Source of the DNA: an uncultured delta proteobacterium
Lineage (GTDB): Bacteria; Myxococcota; Myxococcia; Myxococcales; Myxococcaceae
DNA: 64,000 nt
Direction: 5' to 3'
NCBI GenBank assembly: GCA_963796055.1
Contig: CAWCKH010000004.1
Location: 2,048,001 to 2,112,000 of the forward strand
The notes beneath the pieces are model-generated. The model was not told the DNA's origin and searched no databases. It saw nothing but the letters and a program-made list of their open reading frames with translations. This document shows positions 1 through 11,490 of this stretch, piece after piece (positions within the stretch are counted from its first letter, which is position 1; every line of letters begins with the position of its first letter). The translations under genes were made by a program, and so were the position numbers.

Positions 1-20
1 GCCCGAGGTGTCGGCAGCCC

Positions 21-37
21 GAGGTGTCAAACACCTC
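21..37. repeat. REP-like palindrome GAGGTGT-caa-ACACCTC overlapping the stop codon of the Rsm22-like gene
   Basis: 7-bp perfect inverted repeat. A partial copy GAGGTGTC lies at 5-12, and the motif recurs at 6971-6983, 7087-7103 and 7115-7130. Confidence 0.65.
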
Positions 38-1169
38 CGACGGGCTGACCCGCCGCGGCGACCTTCCGGACCGAGCTCCCCTCGACGAGCGCCAGCCCGT
101 CGCCGCGCGGCTCGGTGCCCTCGACCGTCACCACGTCCCCACGCCGGAGCGAGAAGAACGCCTCGTTCGCCGGGGTCCGGTGCTTCTCCTGGAGCGCCAG
201 GCCGAGCCGTCCCTCGGGACCGCAACCCATGTACCGCTGCCGGCCCTTTCCCTCGAGCGGCTCGGAGACGATGCGGAACACCCTTCCCGGCGGAGGCTCC
301 GGCCAGGCCTCCCCCCTCGGTGCCAGCACGAGGTAGCTCATCTTGAGGGCCTCCTTGTGCAGCCCGGCTTCTCGGGCCAGCGCATCCAGGAGCGGCGGCG
401 GCGACCAGGTCCGCTCGGCGTGACACCAGTCCGACGCCTTCACCAGCGCCGGACACGCTCCGCGCCACAGACAGGGGGCCCGCACCGCGAACCCGCGGGC
501 CACCAGCAGGTCCCTGACGTGGAGAAGCTCGCGCGAGGTGTCCCGGAGGGCGGGCTCGAGGACGACCACCGAGCCCCCCGGCCGCAGCTGCGCCGCGGCG
601 CGCTCGAGCAGCGCCGCGCGCTCGACGAGCGCCGAGGGCCCCCGCCCGAGCTCGTTCAGCACGTGCCCCAGGGTGATGGCATCGAACTGCCCCTCCGGCA
701 GTGCCGCACCTCCGCTCCAGGCCCGCGTGGCCAGCGGCTCCTCTGCCTCCGCCGCCAGCGCCCGCGCGAGGGTCAGCGCCGGAGCGCTCCGGTCGGCCAC
801 GGTGACCTCCGAGGCCCCGCCGTCGAGCGCCGCGAACGCCACCGGGCCCGGTCCGCTCCCCAGGTCCAGCACCGAGCGGGGTCGCCGTTGCAGCTCCCCG
901 AGCACGGCCCGCGCCTGGGCGTAGCTCACCGGCCAGTAGAAGAGGAGGTAGGCCCCGAGCAGCCGTGGGTCGTCCAGGTACCGTGCCCCGACCAGCGCCC
1001 GGTCGCGCGTCAGCCCCGCCGAGAGCGCGCGGATTCCTTGCGCAACCTCCTTCGGCTCGCGCCCGACCAGCGTCGGCGGCCCCTCGGGCAGCCGGCGGTG
1101 ACGCCGCCACACCGCCACCAGCCGGGGCATCCAGCGGGCGAGGGCGCGATCGACGTCGAGGGTGGCCAC
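27..1169 (-). CDS. Rsm22/METTL17-family SAM-dependent methyltransferase
   Basis: AYLLFYWP, SAM motif VLDLGSGPG, HVLNEL, LEPA, and Cys motif APC..CP..DWCH...GC typical of the Rsm22 family. Confidence 0.8.
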   Translation of the reverse strand: MATLDVDRALARWMPRLVAVWRRHRRLPEGPPTLVGREPKEVAQGIRALSAGLTRDRALVGARYLDDPRLLGAYLLFYWPVSYAQARAVLGELQRRPRSVLDLGSGPGPVAFAALDGGASEVTVADRSAPALTLARALAAEAEEPLATRAWSGGAALPEGQFDAITLGHVLNELGRGPSALVERAALLERAAAQLRPGGSVVVLEPALRDTSRELLHVRDLLVARGFAVRAPCLWRGACPALVKASDWCHAERTWSPPPLLDALAREAGLHKEALKMSYLVLAPRGEAWPEPPPGRVFRIVSEPLEGKGRQRYMGCGPEGRLGLALQEKHRTPANEAFFSLRRGDVVTVEGTEPRGDGLALVEGSSVRKVAAAGQPVGGV

Positions 1170-1208
1170 GGCGTGCTCTCCACTAGCACCGGTCCCCCCG
1201 GCGCGCCT

Positions 1209-1646
1209 TCAGCCTGGTCGCCGTGGACCTCGGAGGAAGGAGTCCAGATTGCTCGCCATTCGCTCGAGCACCGAGACGGTCGTCCGGTAGTCCTCCTCGC
1301 TCACCCCCTGGGCGATGTGGCGCCGCTGCTCGGCCACCGTCGTCTCGAGCCGCCGGTGCGCTTCCCGCCCCGCCGCGGTGCGCTGCACCCGGGCGCCGGA
1401 CAGTGACTCGACCCAGCCGCGCTCCACGAGGTCGGTGAGCGCGGCCCGGACCCCATCGGCATCCGTGGCCGCGAAGGGCGCCACCGCCGACTCCAGCCCG
1501 GCCTCGCTCGCTGGACCCGCCTCGAGCACGTTCAGGAGCTGCCAGTGACGGCGGCTGCAGTGCTCCGAAGCGAGTGCCTGCGCGAAGGACTGCTCCAGCA
1601 GCCGGTCCAGCTCCTTCAGCCAGTACCCGATGGGCCGTGTCGCCAT
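1209..1646 (-). CDS. MarR-family winged-helix transcriptional regulator
   Basis: RPIGYWLK..SRRHWQLLNVL..LVERGWV..TAAGR; start placed at ATG 1646. Confidence 0.75.
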   Translation of the reverse strand: MATRPIGYWLKELDRLLEQSFAQALASEHCSRRHWQLLNVLEAGPASEAGLESAVAPFAATDADGVRAALTDLVERGWVESLSGARVQRTAAGREAHRRLETTVAEQRRHIAQGVSEEDYRTTVSVLERMASNLDSFLRGPRRPG

Positions 1647-1770
1647 CGGGTGGGCGTAGACGATGCCCGTCGGGGCATCAAGCCCGAGCGCCAGCCGCAT
1701 CGCGCCCTCGGTGGCGCTAGGCTCGTCGTTCGTGCGCCTCAGGCCTGGAACCCGGGTGGGCGCGCTGAAC

Positions 1771-2931
1771 TCAGCTCGCCTGCGAGCGCGACGCCCCGCT
1801 GGCCTCCCGCGTGAACTCGCGCACCTCCTCGGCGCGCGCCCGCGTGTCCTCGTACCCCAGCGTCACCAACCGCTCGATGTACTCCTGCTCGAACGCCAGA
1901 TAGCTCAGGAGATCTGCGCCACCCTTCTGGCTGACCCCGAGCCCCTTGAGCAGGAACCGGAGCGTCCGCGGGAAGCGCATCACCTGGTCCGCGGCGAGCA
2001 TCGCCAGGTCCTGGCTGGGCTGGAGCAGGAGGATGCGCACCGGCCGCAGGTGGGAGTCGGCGGGCCGCTGGATGGTGTCCAGCATCTCGGTGACCCGCTC
2101 CACCCGCTCGATGTCCGGCTCGAGCGAGTCGAGGAACACGGCGTTCATCAGCACGCCGAGGACCTGCGAGAGAGGAAGGTCATCCCGCTGAGCCGCCGCC
2201 TCGTTCAGCACCGCGGTCTCCTCCGCCGTGCGCGGGTGGCGGATGCCGATCGCCAGCACCCGGTCCGCGCCCAGGTGCAGCGCCGGGCTCATCGGCGCGG
2301 CCAGCCGCACGCCGCCGTCGCCGTACCAGGAGCGCCCCACCTGTACCGGGGGAAAGAAGATGGGGATCGCGGCCGAGGCCATCACCTGGTCGAGGGTGAT
2401 CTCGGTCTTCACCCCCATGCGCCGGCTCCGTGCCCACGGCTGCAGCTCGGGCCCCCCGTCGAAGAACGTCACCGAGGTTCCGGTCTCGTAGTTGGTGGCC
2501 GAGATCGCCAGGCCGCGGAGCAGCCCGCGGCGGACGTTCTCGCGGATCCGCTCGAACTTGATCTCCCGTCCGAGGAGCTCGCGCAGCGGCGCGGTGTCGA
2601 GGAGGTGGTTGTAGCGCCGCGGGGGCTGGGTCCCGCCCGCGGTCAGGCCACGGAACCAGCCCGAGCCGATGGAGACCAGGCTCAGCGCATCCGTCCGGTA
2701 AACGTGCTCCGGCGTCAGGGCGAGCCAGGTGTCCGCCAGGTGCTTGACCGCCTCCTGGAAATCGTCCGCCTCGGCAGCGAGCGAGGAGCCGTTGATCGCT
2801 CCCGCCGAGACCCCGCAGACCACCTGGAAGGGCAGCGGCCCCTTGGCGAACAGCTCCGCCAGCGCCCTGAGAGCGCCGACCTGATACGCGGCGCGCGCTC
2901 CGCCGCCAGTGAGCACGAGGCCGAGGTTCAC
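1771..2931 (-). CDS. Patatin-like phospholipase
   Basis: GGGARAAYQVG oxyanion loop, GVSAG nucleophile, ASAAIP, DGG. Confidence 0.9.
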   Translation of the reverse strand: MNLGLVLTGGGARAAYQVGALRALAELFAKGPLPFQVVCGVSAGAINGSSLAAEADDFQEAVKHLADTWLALTPEHVYRTDALSLVSIGSGWFRGLTAGGTQPPRRYNHLLDTAPLRELLGREIKFERIRENVRRGLLRGLAISATNYETGTSVTFFDGGPELQPWARSRRMGVKTEITLDQVMASAAIPIFFPPVQVGRSWYGDGGVRLAAPMSPALHLGADRVLAIGIRHPRTAEETAVLNEAAAQRDDLPLSQVLGVLMNAVFLDSLEPDIERVERVTEMLDTIQRPADSHLRPVRILLLQPSQDLAMLAADQVMRFPRTLRFLLKGLGVSQKGGADLLSYLAFEQEYIERLVTLGYEDTRARAEEVREFTREASGASRSQAS

Positions 2932-2973
2932 CGCTGCGGTCCGGAGCGTAGCACGCTAGGAGAGGAGACCTTG

Positions 2974-3987
2974 ATGGCTCAGACCATGGTGTCGGTGCAG
3001 GCTCTGCGGAAGCACTACACCGTCCACAAGCGTCCGCCGGGACTGAAGGCCGCCCTGGGCTCGCTGTTCCGGCGCATCCCCACCGTCGTGAAGGCGGTGG
3101 ACGGCATCTCCTTCGAGATCGCCCGGGGCGAGCGGGTGGGCTTCCTCGGCCCGAACGGCGCGGGGAAGACGACTACCCTCAAGGTCCTCGCGGGTCTGCT
3201 CCACCCCTCCTCGGGCGAGGTCCGGGTCGACGGACACGTGCCGCAGCGCCGGGAGGACGCGTTTCTCAAGAAGATCACCCTGGTGATGGGTCAGAAGCAG
3301 CAGCTGCTCTGGGACCTGCCCCCCTCGGAGACCTTCGCCCTCAACCGCGCCATCTACGAGGTGCCCGAGCCAGAGTTCCGCGACACCCTGGCCCAGCTGA
3401 CCGAGCTGCTCGAGCTGGGCGACCTGGTCAACAAGCCCACGCGCACGCTCTCCCTGGGCGAGCGGATGAAGTGCGAGCTCGCGGCCTCACTCATCCACCG
3501 CCCCCAGGTCTTGTTCCTCGATGAGCCCACCATCGGCCTCGACGTCTCGATGCAGGTGGTCATCCGCGACTTCATCAAGGAGTACAACGAGCGCACCGGG
3601 GCCACGCTCATCCTCACCAGCCACTACATGGACGACGTGGCCGCGCTCTGCCCTCGGGTGGTGGTCATCGACAAGGGGGTGCTCAGCTACGACGGCGCCC
3701 TCGACGAGCTGGTGCGCCGGATCCGGCCCGAGAAGCGCCTGGTCCTCCGGCTCGACGCGCCGGTCGATCGCGCCGCGCTCGACGCTGTGGGGCGTGTGGT
3801 GGCGAGCGATGCCGCGGGGGTGACCTTCCAGGTCCCGCAGGACGCGGTGAACGCCGCCGTCTCGCGTGCCCTGGCCACGCTCCCGGTCCATGACCTCACG
3901 GTGGAGAACGCCCCGCTCGAGGAGGTCATGAGCGAGCTCTTCGCCCAGAGCCGGGCAGCCCGCGGCGCGGTGGAGGACGCGGCATGA
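2974..3987 (+). CDS. ABC transporter ATP-binding protein
   Basis: Walker A GPNGAGKTT, LSLGERM signature, FLDEPT, SHYM; RBS GAGGAG upstream. Confidence 0.92.
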   Translation: MAQTMVSVQALRKHYTVHKRPPGLKAALGSLFRRIPTVVKAVDGISFEIARGERVGFLGPNGAGKTTTLKVLAGLLHPSSGEVRVDGHVPQRREDAFLKKITLVMGQKQQLLWDLPPSETFALNRAIYEVPEPEFRDTLAQLTELLELGDLVNKPTRTLSLGERMKCELAASLIHRPQVLFLDEPTIGLDVSMQVVIRDFIKEYNERTGATLILTSHYMDDVAALCPRVVVIDKGVLSYDGALDELVRRIRPEKRLVLRLDAPVDRAALDAVGRVVASDAAGVTFQVPQDAVNAAVSRALATLPVHDLTVENAPLEEVMSELFAQSRAARGAVEDAA

Positions 3988-4787
3988 GCCTCCGGAGCAC
4001 CGTGCGGGCGCTGCCCACGCTCTTCCGGGTCGGCTTCGCGGAGATGGTGGCCTACCGGGCCGAGATGCTGGTCTGGGTGCTCGCCACCACCATGCCGCTG
4101 ATCATGCTCGCGCTCTGGTCGGCGGTGGCACACGACGCGCCGGTGGGCCGCTTCGATCAGGCGGATTTCGTGGCCTACTTCCTCGCCACCTTCATCGTCC
4201 GGCAGCTCACCGGCGCGTGGGTGGCGTGGCAGCTGAGCTTCGAGGTGCGCACCGGGACCCTGGGCATGCGGCTGCTCCGGCCGCTGCACCCCATGGTGTC
4301 CTACGCGGTGGAGAACCTCGCCGCCATCCCGCTCCGGATGGTGGTGGCGCTCCCGGTGGCGGTGCTCGCGCTGGTGCTCACCGGCACCAGCCGGCTGCCG
4401 CGCGACCCGCTGCTCTGGGGCGTCTTCCTGCTCTCGCTGATCGGGGGCTGGCTCATCACCTTCCTCGCCAATGCGGCCATCGGCACCCTCGCGCTCTGGA
4501 CCGGAAGCAGCGTGAAGGTGATGGACGTCTGGCTCGCGCTCTTCATGGTGTTCAGCGGCTACCTCATCCCGGTGGAGCTATTCCCGCCGGCCATCCGGGG
4601 CGCCGTCGAGGTGCTCCCCTTCCGCTACCAGATCGGTTTCCCGGTGGAGCTGCTCACCCGGGGGCTGGACCGCGGCGCGGCGCTGCGCCTGCTCCTCGGG
4701 CAGTGGATCTGGGTGGGCCTGTTCCTGCTCGGGGTGCGCGCACTGTGGCGGAGGGGCCTGCAGCGGTTCGCGGCCTACGGCGGATGA
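3984..4787 (+). CDS. ABC-2 family permease (DUF990-like)
   Basis: Multiple hydrophobic helices, LLRP motif, SGYLIP, ending AYGG; overlaps the ATPase stop (ATGA). Confidence 0.85.
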   Translation: MSLRSTVRALPTLFRVGFAEMVAYRAEMLVWVLATTMPLIMLALWSAVAHDAPVGRFDQADFVAYFLATFIVRQLTGAWVAWQLSFEVRTGTLGMRLLRPLHPMVSYAVENLAAIPLRMVVALPVAVLALVLTGTSRLPRDPLLWGVFLLSLIGGWLITFLANAAIGTLALWTGSSVKVMDVWLALFMVFSGYLIPVELFPPAIRGAVEVLPFRYQIGFPVELLTRGLDRGAALRLLLGQWIWVGLFLLGVRALWRRGLQRFAAYGG

Positions 4788-5581
4788 CGGAGGTCGCGCG
4801 CTACTGGCGGTTGTTCCGGGTGCAGGTCCGGAGCTCGGTCCTGCTGGGACTCCAGTACCGGGCGGACTTCGTGCTCGACGGCGTGGTGTCGCTGTTCTGG
4901 ACCCTCACCGCGCTGGTCCCGCTGTTCACCGTCTTTCACCTCCGCCAGAGCGTGGCCGGCTGGACCTTCGAGGAGGCGCTGCTGGTCACCGGCTGGTTCA
5001 CCCTGCTCGAGGCCATCCTCGAGGGCGCCATCAACCCCAGTCTCACCGCGGTGGTGGAGCACATCCGCAAGGGCACCCTGGACTTCGTCCTCCTCAAGCC
5101 CGCCGATGCCCAGTTCCTGGTCTCCACCGCCCGGTTCGAGCCCTGGCGGAGCACCAACGTCGTCACCGCCCTGGTGCTGTGGACCGTGTCCTTCGTGCGG
5201 ATGGGGCGGCTGCCCTCGGCGTCGGGCTCGCTTGCCGCGGTGCTCCTCCTGATCGTCGCGACCTCGCTGCTCTACTCGCTGTGGATCCTCACCGTGAGTG
5301 CGGCGTTCTACGTGGTGAAGATCGACAACCTCACCAACCTCTTCAACTCCATCTTCGACGCCGCCCGCTGGCCGGTGCAGGTCTTCCGAGGGGTGATGCG
5401 CTGGGTGTTCACCTTCATCGTGCCGCTGGCGCTGATGACCACCTTCCCGGCGCAGGCCATGCTGGGTCGGCTTCCACTCCCCTCCCTGGCCTGGTCCGTG
5501 GTGGGGGCGGGTGCGTTCGGATGGCTCTCCCGGCGGGTGTGGCTCTCCAGCATCGCCCGGTACACCTCGGCGAGCAGCTAA
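4784..5581 (+). CDS. ABC-2 family permease (second subunit)
   Basis: QYRADF, GTLDFVLLKP, RWP, ending YTSASS; ATGA coupling to the previous gene. Confidence 0.85.
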   Translation: MTEVARYWRLFRVQVRSSVLLGLQYRADFVLDGVVSLFWTLTALVPLFTVFHLRQSVAGWTFEEALLVTGWFTLLEAILEGAINPSLTAVVEHIRKGTLDFVLLKPADAQFLVSTARFEPWRSTNVVTALVLWTVSFVRMGRLPSASGSLAAVLLLIVATSLLYSLWILTVSAAFYVVKIDNLTNLFNSIFDAARWPVQVFRGVMRWVFTFIVPLALMTTFPAQAMLGRLPLPSLAWSVVGAGAFGWLSRRVWLSSIARYTSASS

Positions 5582-5685
5582 GTTAGCCCGCAACTCACCC
5601 CTGCTCCCCTGGGTTCGAGGGGCACGCGATGGAACCGGCCCCAGGGCCGGGGCGCGTGTCACTCGATGGTTCGAAAGAGGGAGTC

Positions 5686-6873
5686 ATGAAGCTCGCACCT
5701 CAGTCGTTTCTCGTGGCCGGCCTGTTCCTGGCGGCCGCGTGTGGCAGCAGCAATGGGACGGACGAGTATCAGGCGGCGGTTCCCACCTTTTCCGGCGTCT
5801 CCGCAGAGGTCTCGGGTGCGTCGTCCGAGGGCGCCAGCCTCACCGTCTCCAGCGGAGCCGAGGCAGCGGTGATCGCCCCCGCGCCGGGCGCGGAGCTCCA
5901 GGCGAGCACCACGCCCGACTGGCTTCCGAAGATCCGCGACGCCATCCAGAGCCTGAACCAGGGCCTCAAGGACGCCTTTGGTCCGGTGGAGCAGCTGGTC
6001 CTCACCAACGGTCCGTCGCAGGTCCGCGGTCAGGTCTACATCTACGGTCCGTTCGACCAGGGTGGGTACAGCTACCTGCTCTCGGTGGTCCGCGTCGCCG
6101 GCAACCACTACGGCTGGAAACTTCAGGTCAAGAAGACCGGTGACGCGGACACGGCCTTCGTCGCCTTCGCCGCGGGCACCACCTTCAAGGTCCCGAGCGA
6201 TCAGGTGCACCGCGGCCGCGGCACCATCGGGATCGATCTCGACGCCTACAAGACCGTGGTCACCACCTTCCCCGGCCAGGGCAAGCTGTTCGTCGCCTTC
6301 AGTCACCATGGGTTCGGGCCGGCCGCCGCGGACGCGGGCGTCACCGGTCAGAGCAAGACCCTGATCTACGCCCTGAGGAACTTCTCGGCGGACACCAGCA
6401 AGTGGCAGCCCGTGGACGCGATCTTCTACGCCCACAAGAACGGACTCAGCGGCGTCACCAGCGTGCGCGTCGCCAGCTATGCCGACATCCCGCAGATCCC
6501 GAACGACACCCCGGCCAAGGAGCTGCTGTTCGGCCGGGCCCGGTACAATCCCGGGGTGGGCGGCCGCGCCGAGGTGGCCATCACCGGCGGCGACCTGAGC
6601 GGGAAGGTCTTCTTCGGCGTCGAGTGCTGGGACAGGGCCGAGGCCCTGTTCTTCAAGGCCACCGCCCTCTGCACGGCGGGTGAGGAGCCCGGGACCGGTG
6701 GCTGCGTCTGGACCAAGACCGGCGACGAGGCCGCCTGCGACGTGCTGCTGGCGACCGGGATGCGCGACCACGCGGACCCGTCGGACCAGGACGACCCGAA
6801 CCCGGATCCGGATGCCCCGGCGAACGACGTCCCGGGTGTGCCGGCCCAGATGCCCACCGGCGACGGCAACTGA
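5686..6873 (+). CDS. Hypothetical lipoprotein with acidic Asp/Pro tail
   Basis: Signal peptide ending AAAC-G lipobox, strong GC3 bias, RBS GAGGGAG. Confidence 0.7.
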   Translation: MKLAPQSFLVAGLFLAAACGSSNGTDEYQAAVPTFSGVSAEVSGASSEGASLTVSSGAEAAVIAPAPGAELQASTTPDWLPKIRDAIQSLNQGLKDAFGPVEQLVLTNGPSQVRGQVYIYGPFDQGGYSYLLSVVRVAGNHYGWKLQVKKTGDADTAFVAFAAGTTFKVPSDQVHRGRGTIGIDLDAYKTVVTTFPGQGKLFVAFSHHGFGPAAADAGVTGQSKTLIYALRNFSADTSKWQPVDAIFYAHKNGLSGVTSVRVASYADIPQIPNDTPAKELLFGRARYNPGVGGRAEVAITGGDLSGKVFFGVECWDRAEALFFKATALCTAGEEPGTGGCVWTKTGDEAACDVLLATGMRDHADPSDQDDPNPDPDAPANDVPGVPAQMPTGDGN

Positions 6874-6920
6874 CGCCCTGAAGGACCCGGGGCGGCCGAG
6901 ACGCCGCTCCTGGGACTCCG

Positions 6921-6960
6921 GAGGCCCCGACCGCGCCCTCCCCCGGGCGGTCGGGGCCTC
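6921..6960. terminator. Strong hairpin GAGGCCCCGACCGC...GCGGTCGGGGCCTC after the lipoprotein gene
   Basis: 14-bp perfect stem; only a weak T-tract follows. Confidence 0.55.
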
Positions 6961-6970
6961 TGCTTGCGGC

Positions 6971-7130
6971 GGTGTTTGACACCTCCGTTGGTCTCCGGCG
7001 CGTCCCGGCTTCTGGACGCACCGTCGACGACGCCGGACTCGGGGAGTGACGACACGTTCCGGTCGAGGTGCACCAGGGGAGCGTCAGAGGTGTCTGACAC
7101 CTCGGAGGCCGTCGGAGGTGTCTGACACCC
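6971..7130. repeat. Three copies of the palindrome GGTGT(C/T)TGACACC
   Basis: Copies at 6971-6983, 7087-7103 and 7115-7130. Confidence 0.7.
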
Positions 7131-7142
7131 CCCGCGGACCCG

Positions 7143-7187
7143 GAGGCCCCGACCGTCTTTCTCTCCCCTCCAGGCGGTCGGGGCCTC
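7143..7187. terminator. Second copy of the GAGGCCCCGACCG...CGGTCGGGGCCTC hairpin upstream of prfC
   Basis: 13-bp stem identical to 6921-6960 but with a different loop; followed by GTCTTT. Confidence 0.55.
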
Positions 7188-7250
7188 GTCTTTGGCGTGG
7201 ACCTCCAGTCGGCGGACCCGCTCCGGCCGTGTTAGAGGAGCCGGCCCGCC

Positions 7251-8900
<1,650 letters not shown>

Positions 8901-8976
8901 CTGCGGGGAGCGTGGGCACCGTTCGCACGAAACGCCAAGCCGCCCGACCGGTGCGACCCTTAGAGTTTCGAGGCGG

Positions 8977-9110
8977 TGATCGCGTCAGGCGGCACCGAGC
9001 GCTCCATGCGGGGCCGGCTCACCGAGGTGTTCGTGCGACGCGACGGCCGGTGGGTTCATCCCGGGTGGCACCTCGACCTCCCGGCCGCGACGCCGGCCGC
9101 GAAGCCATAG
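8977..9110 (+). pseudogene. 3' remnant of an NTF2/SnoaL-like (DUF4440-type) gene
   Basis: Translates to GRLTEVFVRRDGRWVHPGWHLD...stop with no N-terminal part. Confidence 0.5.
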
Positions 9111-9114
9111 ATCC

Positions 9115-10846
9115 TCACGGTTCGCTCGGAACTCCAGGCGGGGCATAGGGCGGGCTGAGCAGCAGTCCCGGCTCCAGCTCCATGGCTTTGCGGCGCTCCT
9201 CTCTTGCGAGATTGGCCCAGCGTTCCTGGAGCTCGGGGCCGCCCTGCTCGATGAACATCGCCTGGCGGGTGTACACCGTCGCCAGCCACGCGTGCGCGAG
9301 CCCGTACCGCGGATCGACCGTCAGGGCGCGCTTGAACTCCGCGATGGCCTCGAGATTCGTTCCGGCGTCCGCTCCGCCTTCCGATCTCACGGCCGCGGCC
9401 CATTCTTCCGCCCTGGAGACACCCCGGAGGTAATGGTCGTACGCAACCGGGCTGGTCGTCGCCCCTCGGCCCAGTCGCCCGTCGTCCCCGGCGGTGAGCT
9501 TCAGCGCGAGCGCACTCGCCACCTTCGCCGCGACGTCCCGCTGCACATCCAGCACGTCCTTCGCCTCGAGATCGTAGAGCTCCGCCCAGCGGTGCTGCTC
9601 GGACCGTGCATCGATCAGCTCCGCCGTGATCCGCATCTTGTTCCCGACGCGCCGGACGCTTCCCTCGAGGATGTGCGCCACGCCGAGCTCGGCGGCCACC
9701 TGCCGGAGGGGCTTGTTCCCTCGCTGGTAACCTTCGCCCGAAGTAGGGGAGCGGACCCGCAGGCCGGGCACCTTCGCGAGCTGGATGAGGATGTCCTCGG
9801 TGAGGCCCGCGCTGAAGTACGCGTCGTCGGTGGTTCCGCCGAGGTTGGTCAGCGGGAGCACCGCGATGCTGCGTGGGTCGACCACCAGCTCTGGCGTGGT
9901 CGGACGGTAGCGGTAGGCGACCAGACCCATGGCCAAGAGCACGGCGGCCACGAGCGCCCCTGCCCCGGCGCTGACGAGTCTCCGGTTCTGCCGCAGGAGG
10001 TGCGGCACGAGCTCCAGCGGATCCCCGTATCGCCGGGTGGGATCGGGGTCGAGCGCACGGCGAAGCGGACGGGTCCATCCGGCGGGGAGCCGGTCCATGC
10101 GTCCTCGGTCGGGGAGCCGACCGGTGACCATCTCATGCGCCACCAGGCCCAGCGCGTAGATGTCGGTGCGAGGAGTCACCGTGTCGCCGCCCCGCTGCTC
10201 CGGCGCCATGTACGGCGGGCTCCCGACGACCGCCCCCACGGCCGTTCCGCTCCAGTCGGTGTCGATCTCCATGCGCGCCGGGCGGGCGATCCCGAAATCG
10301 GTGATGACCGCCCGGAGCTCCGCGCGGTCGTGAACGAGCATGACGTTGCCCGGCTTGAAGTCGCGGTGAACGAGGTCCCTGGCGTGAATCGCAGCGAGGC
10401 CCTCCGCCATCTGCTGCAGCAGGACCAGCGCCTCCCTGGGCGGAAGGGGTCCGTTTCGCAACCGGTCGGCCAGGGTCTCCCCATCGAGGAACTCCCATGG
10501 TGACGAAGGCGATGGGTCCCGCCGGCCCTTCGCCCTCGTGGAAGTCGAAAAGCCGGCACACGTAGGGGTGCGTCACAGCCCGGGCTAGCTGGACTTCCCG
10601 GCGCAACCGGTCGAGCAGCGCCGCGTCCGTGCCATCTCGCTCCCGGATGGTCTTGACCGCCACCGTGACGTGGAGCCGCAGGTCACGTGCCTCGTAGACC
10701 TCGCCCATCCCGCCGCGGCCGAGGAGCCGCGCGAGCTTGAACCGCCCGAGCAGGATGTCTCCGGCGAGCGGGGCAGTCCCTTCGGTGGGTGACTCCCCCC
10801 TCACCGTCTGGCTGACCGGCTCGGTCTCCCTCTCCTTGTCGGGCAT
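9115..10846 (-). CDS. Ser/Thr protein kinase with TM segment, TolB-N-like domain and TPR region; frameshifted near 10495
   Basis: LGRGGMGEVY, VAVK, HRDFKPGN, TDFG, YMAPEQ, SIAVLPL. Removing one G in ATGGGAG restores ..VTMEFLDGETL. Confidence 0.8.
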
Positions 10847-10987
10847 GGAAACGCCGGGACCGGGAGCTTAGCCGCCCCGCGCGGCGAAGTGTTTGCTGGG
10901 GCGGCCGGGCCGGTCTGACCGGACGCCGGGCACTTTCCGGTTTCGCCCTTCGGTGGAATTGGACGTGAGACGGACGGACGGGCTCTG

Positions 10988-11127
10988 TCACCCGTTGATC
11001 TCGGCGCTGCCGAGCATGTTCCCGTCCTGATCGGTCCCGCCGGTGATCAGCACCCGCCCCTCAGACAGCAGGGTACCGTTCCCGTACCCCCTCCAGTGAT
11101 CACCACCGTCCCATCGGACAGAGCCGT
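10988..11127 (-). pseudogene. Kelch-repeat gene remnant (3' end)
   Basis: TALSDGTVVITGG / TLLSEGRVLITGG..LGSAEI in two frames, ending in TGA. Confidence 0.55.
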
Positions 11128-11135
11128 TCTACGGT

Positions 11136-11370
11136 CCGGATCGAGCACGAGTACGGCGCGGCCATCGCCCTAGATCGCCTCCCCTACGCCCACGCCCGCC
11201 AGACGGTCAGGACGCGACGGCCTGTCGCTGAACCTCTTCCGTGACAACTGGGTGCTCCAGCACGCCCAGGAGAAGACCCCGAGCTCAAGTTCCGGGCCAC
11301 GCGCCTCAGCTCCACGAGGGCAAGCAGGTGGCAGACGGCGGCGAGCGGCCTGCGGGCACCACGTCCTGAC
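11136..11370 (+). pseudogene. prfC: Degenerate direct-repeat copy of the prfC 3' end (8609-8901)
   Basis: Collinear match from CCGGATCGAGCACGAGTACGGC to GGGCACCACGTCCTGAC, with about 54 bp deleted and small indels. Confidence 0.9.
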
Positions 11371-11490
11371 CGGGACCAACCCTGAGGCACCTGGTGCCGC
11401 CGCAGCGTGCTCTGGACCACAAGATCTAGTCGAACTTGCTACACTCCGCGCGGATCGAAACGGGGTGACCACCGCCTCGGGAGGGAAGCC

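Noticed and set aside
6921..7187. CRISPR array
   Set aside because: Repeats are short, irregularly spaced and of two types; no cas genes are present.
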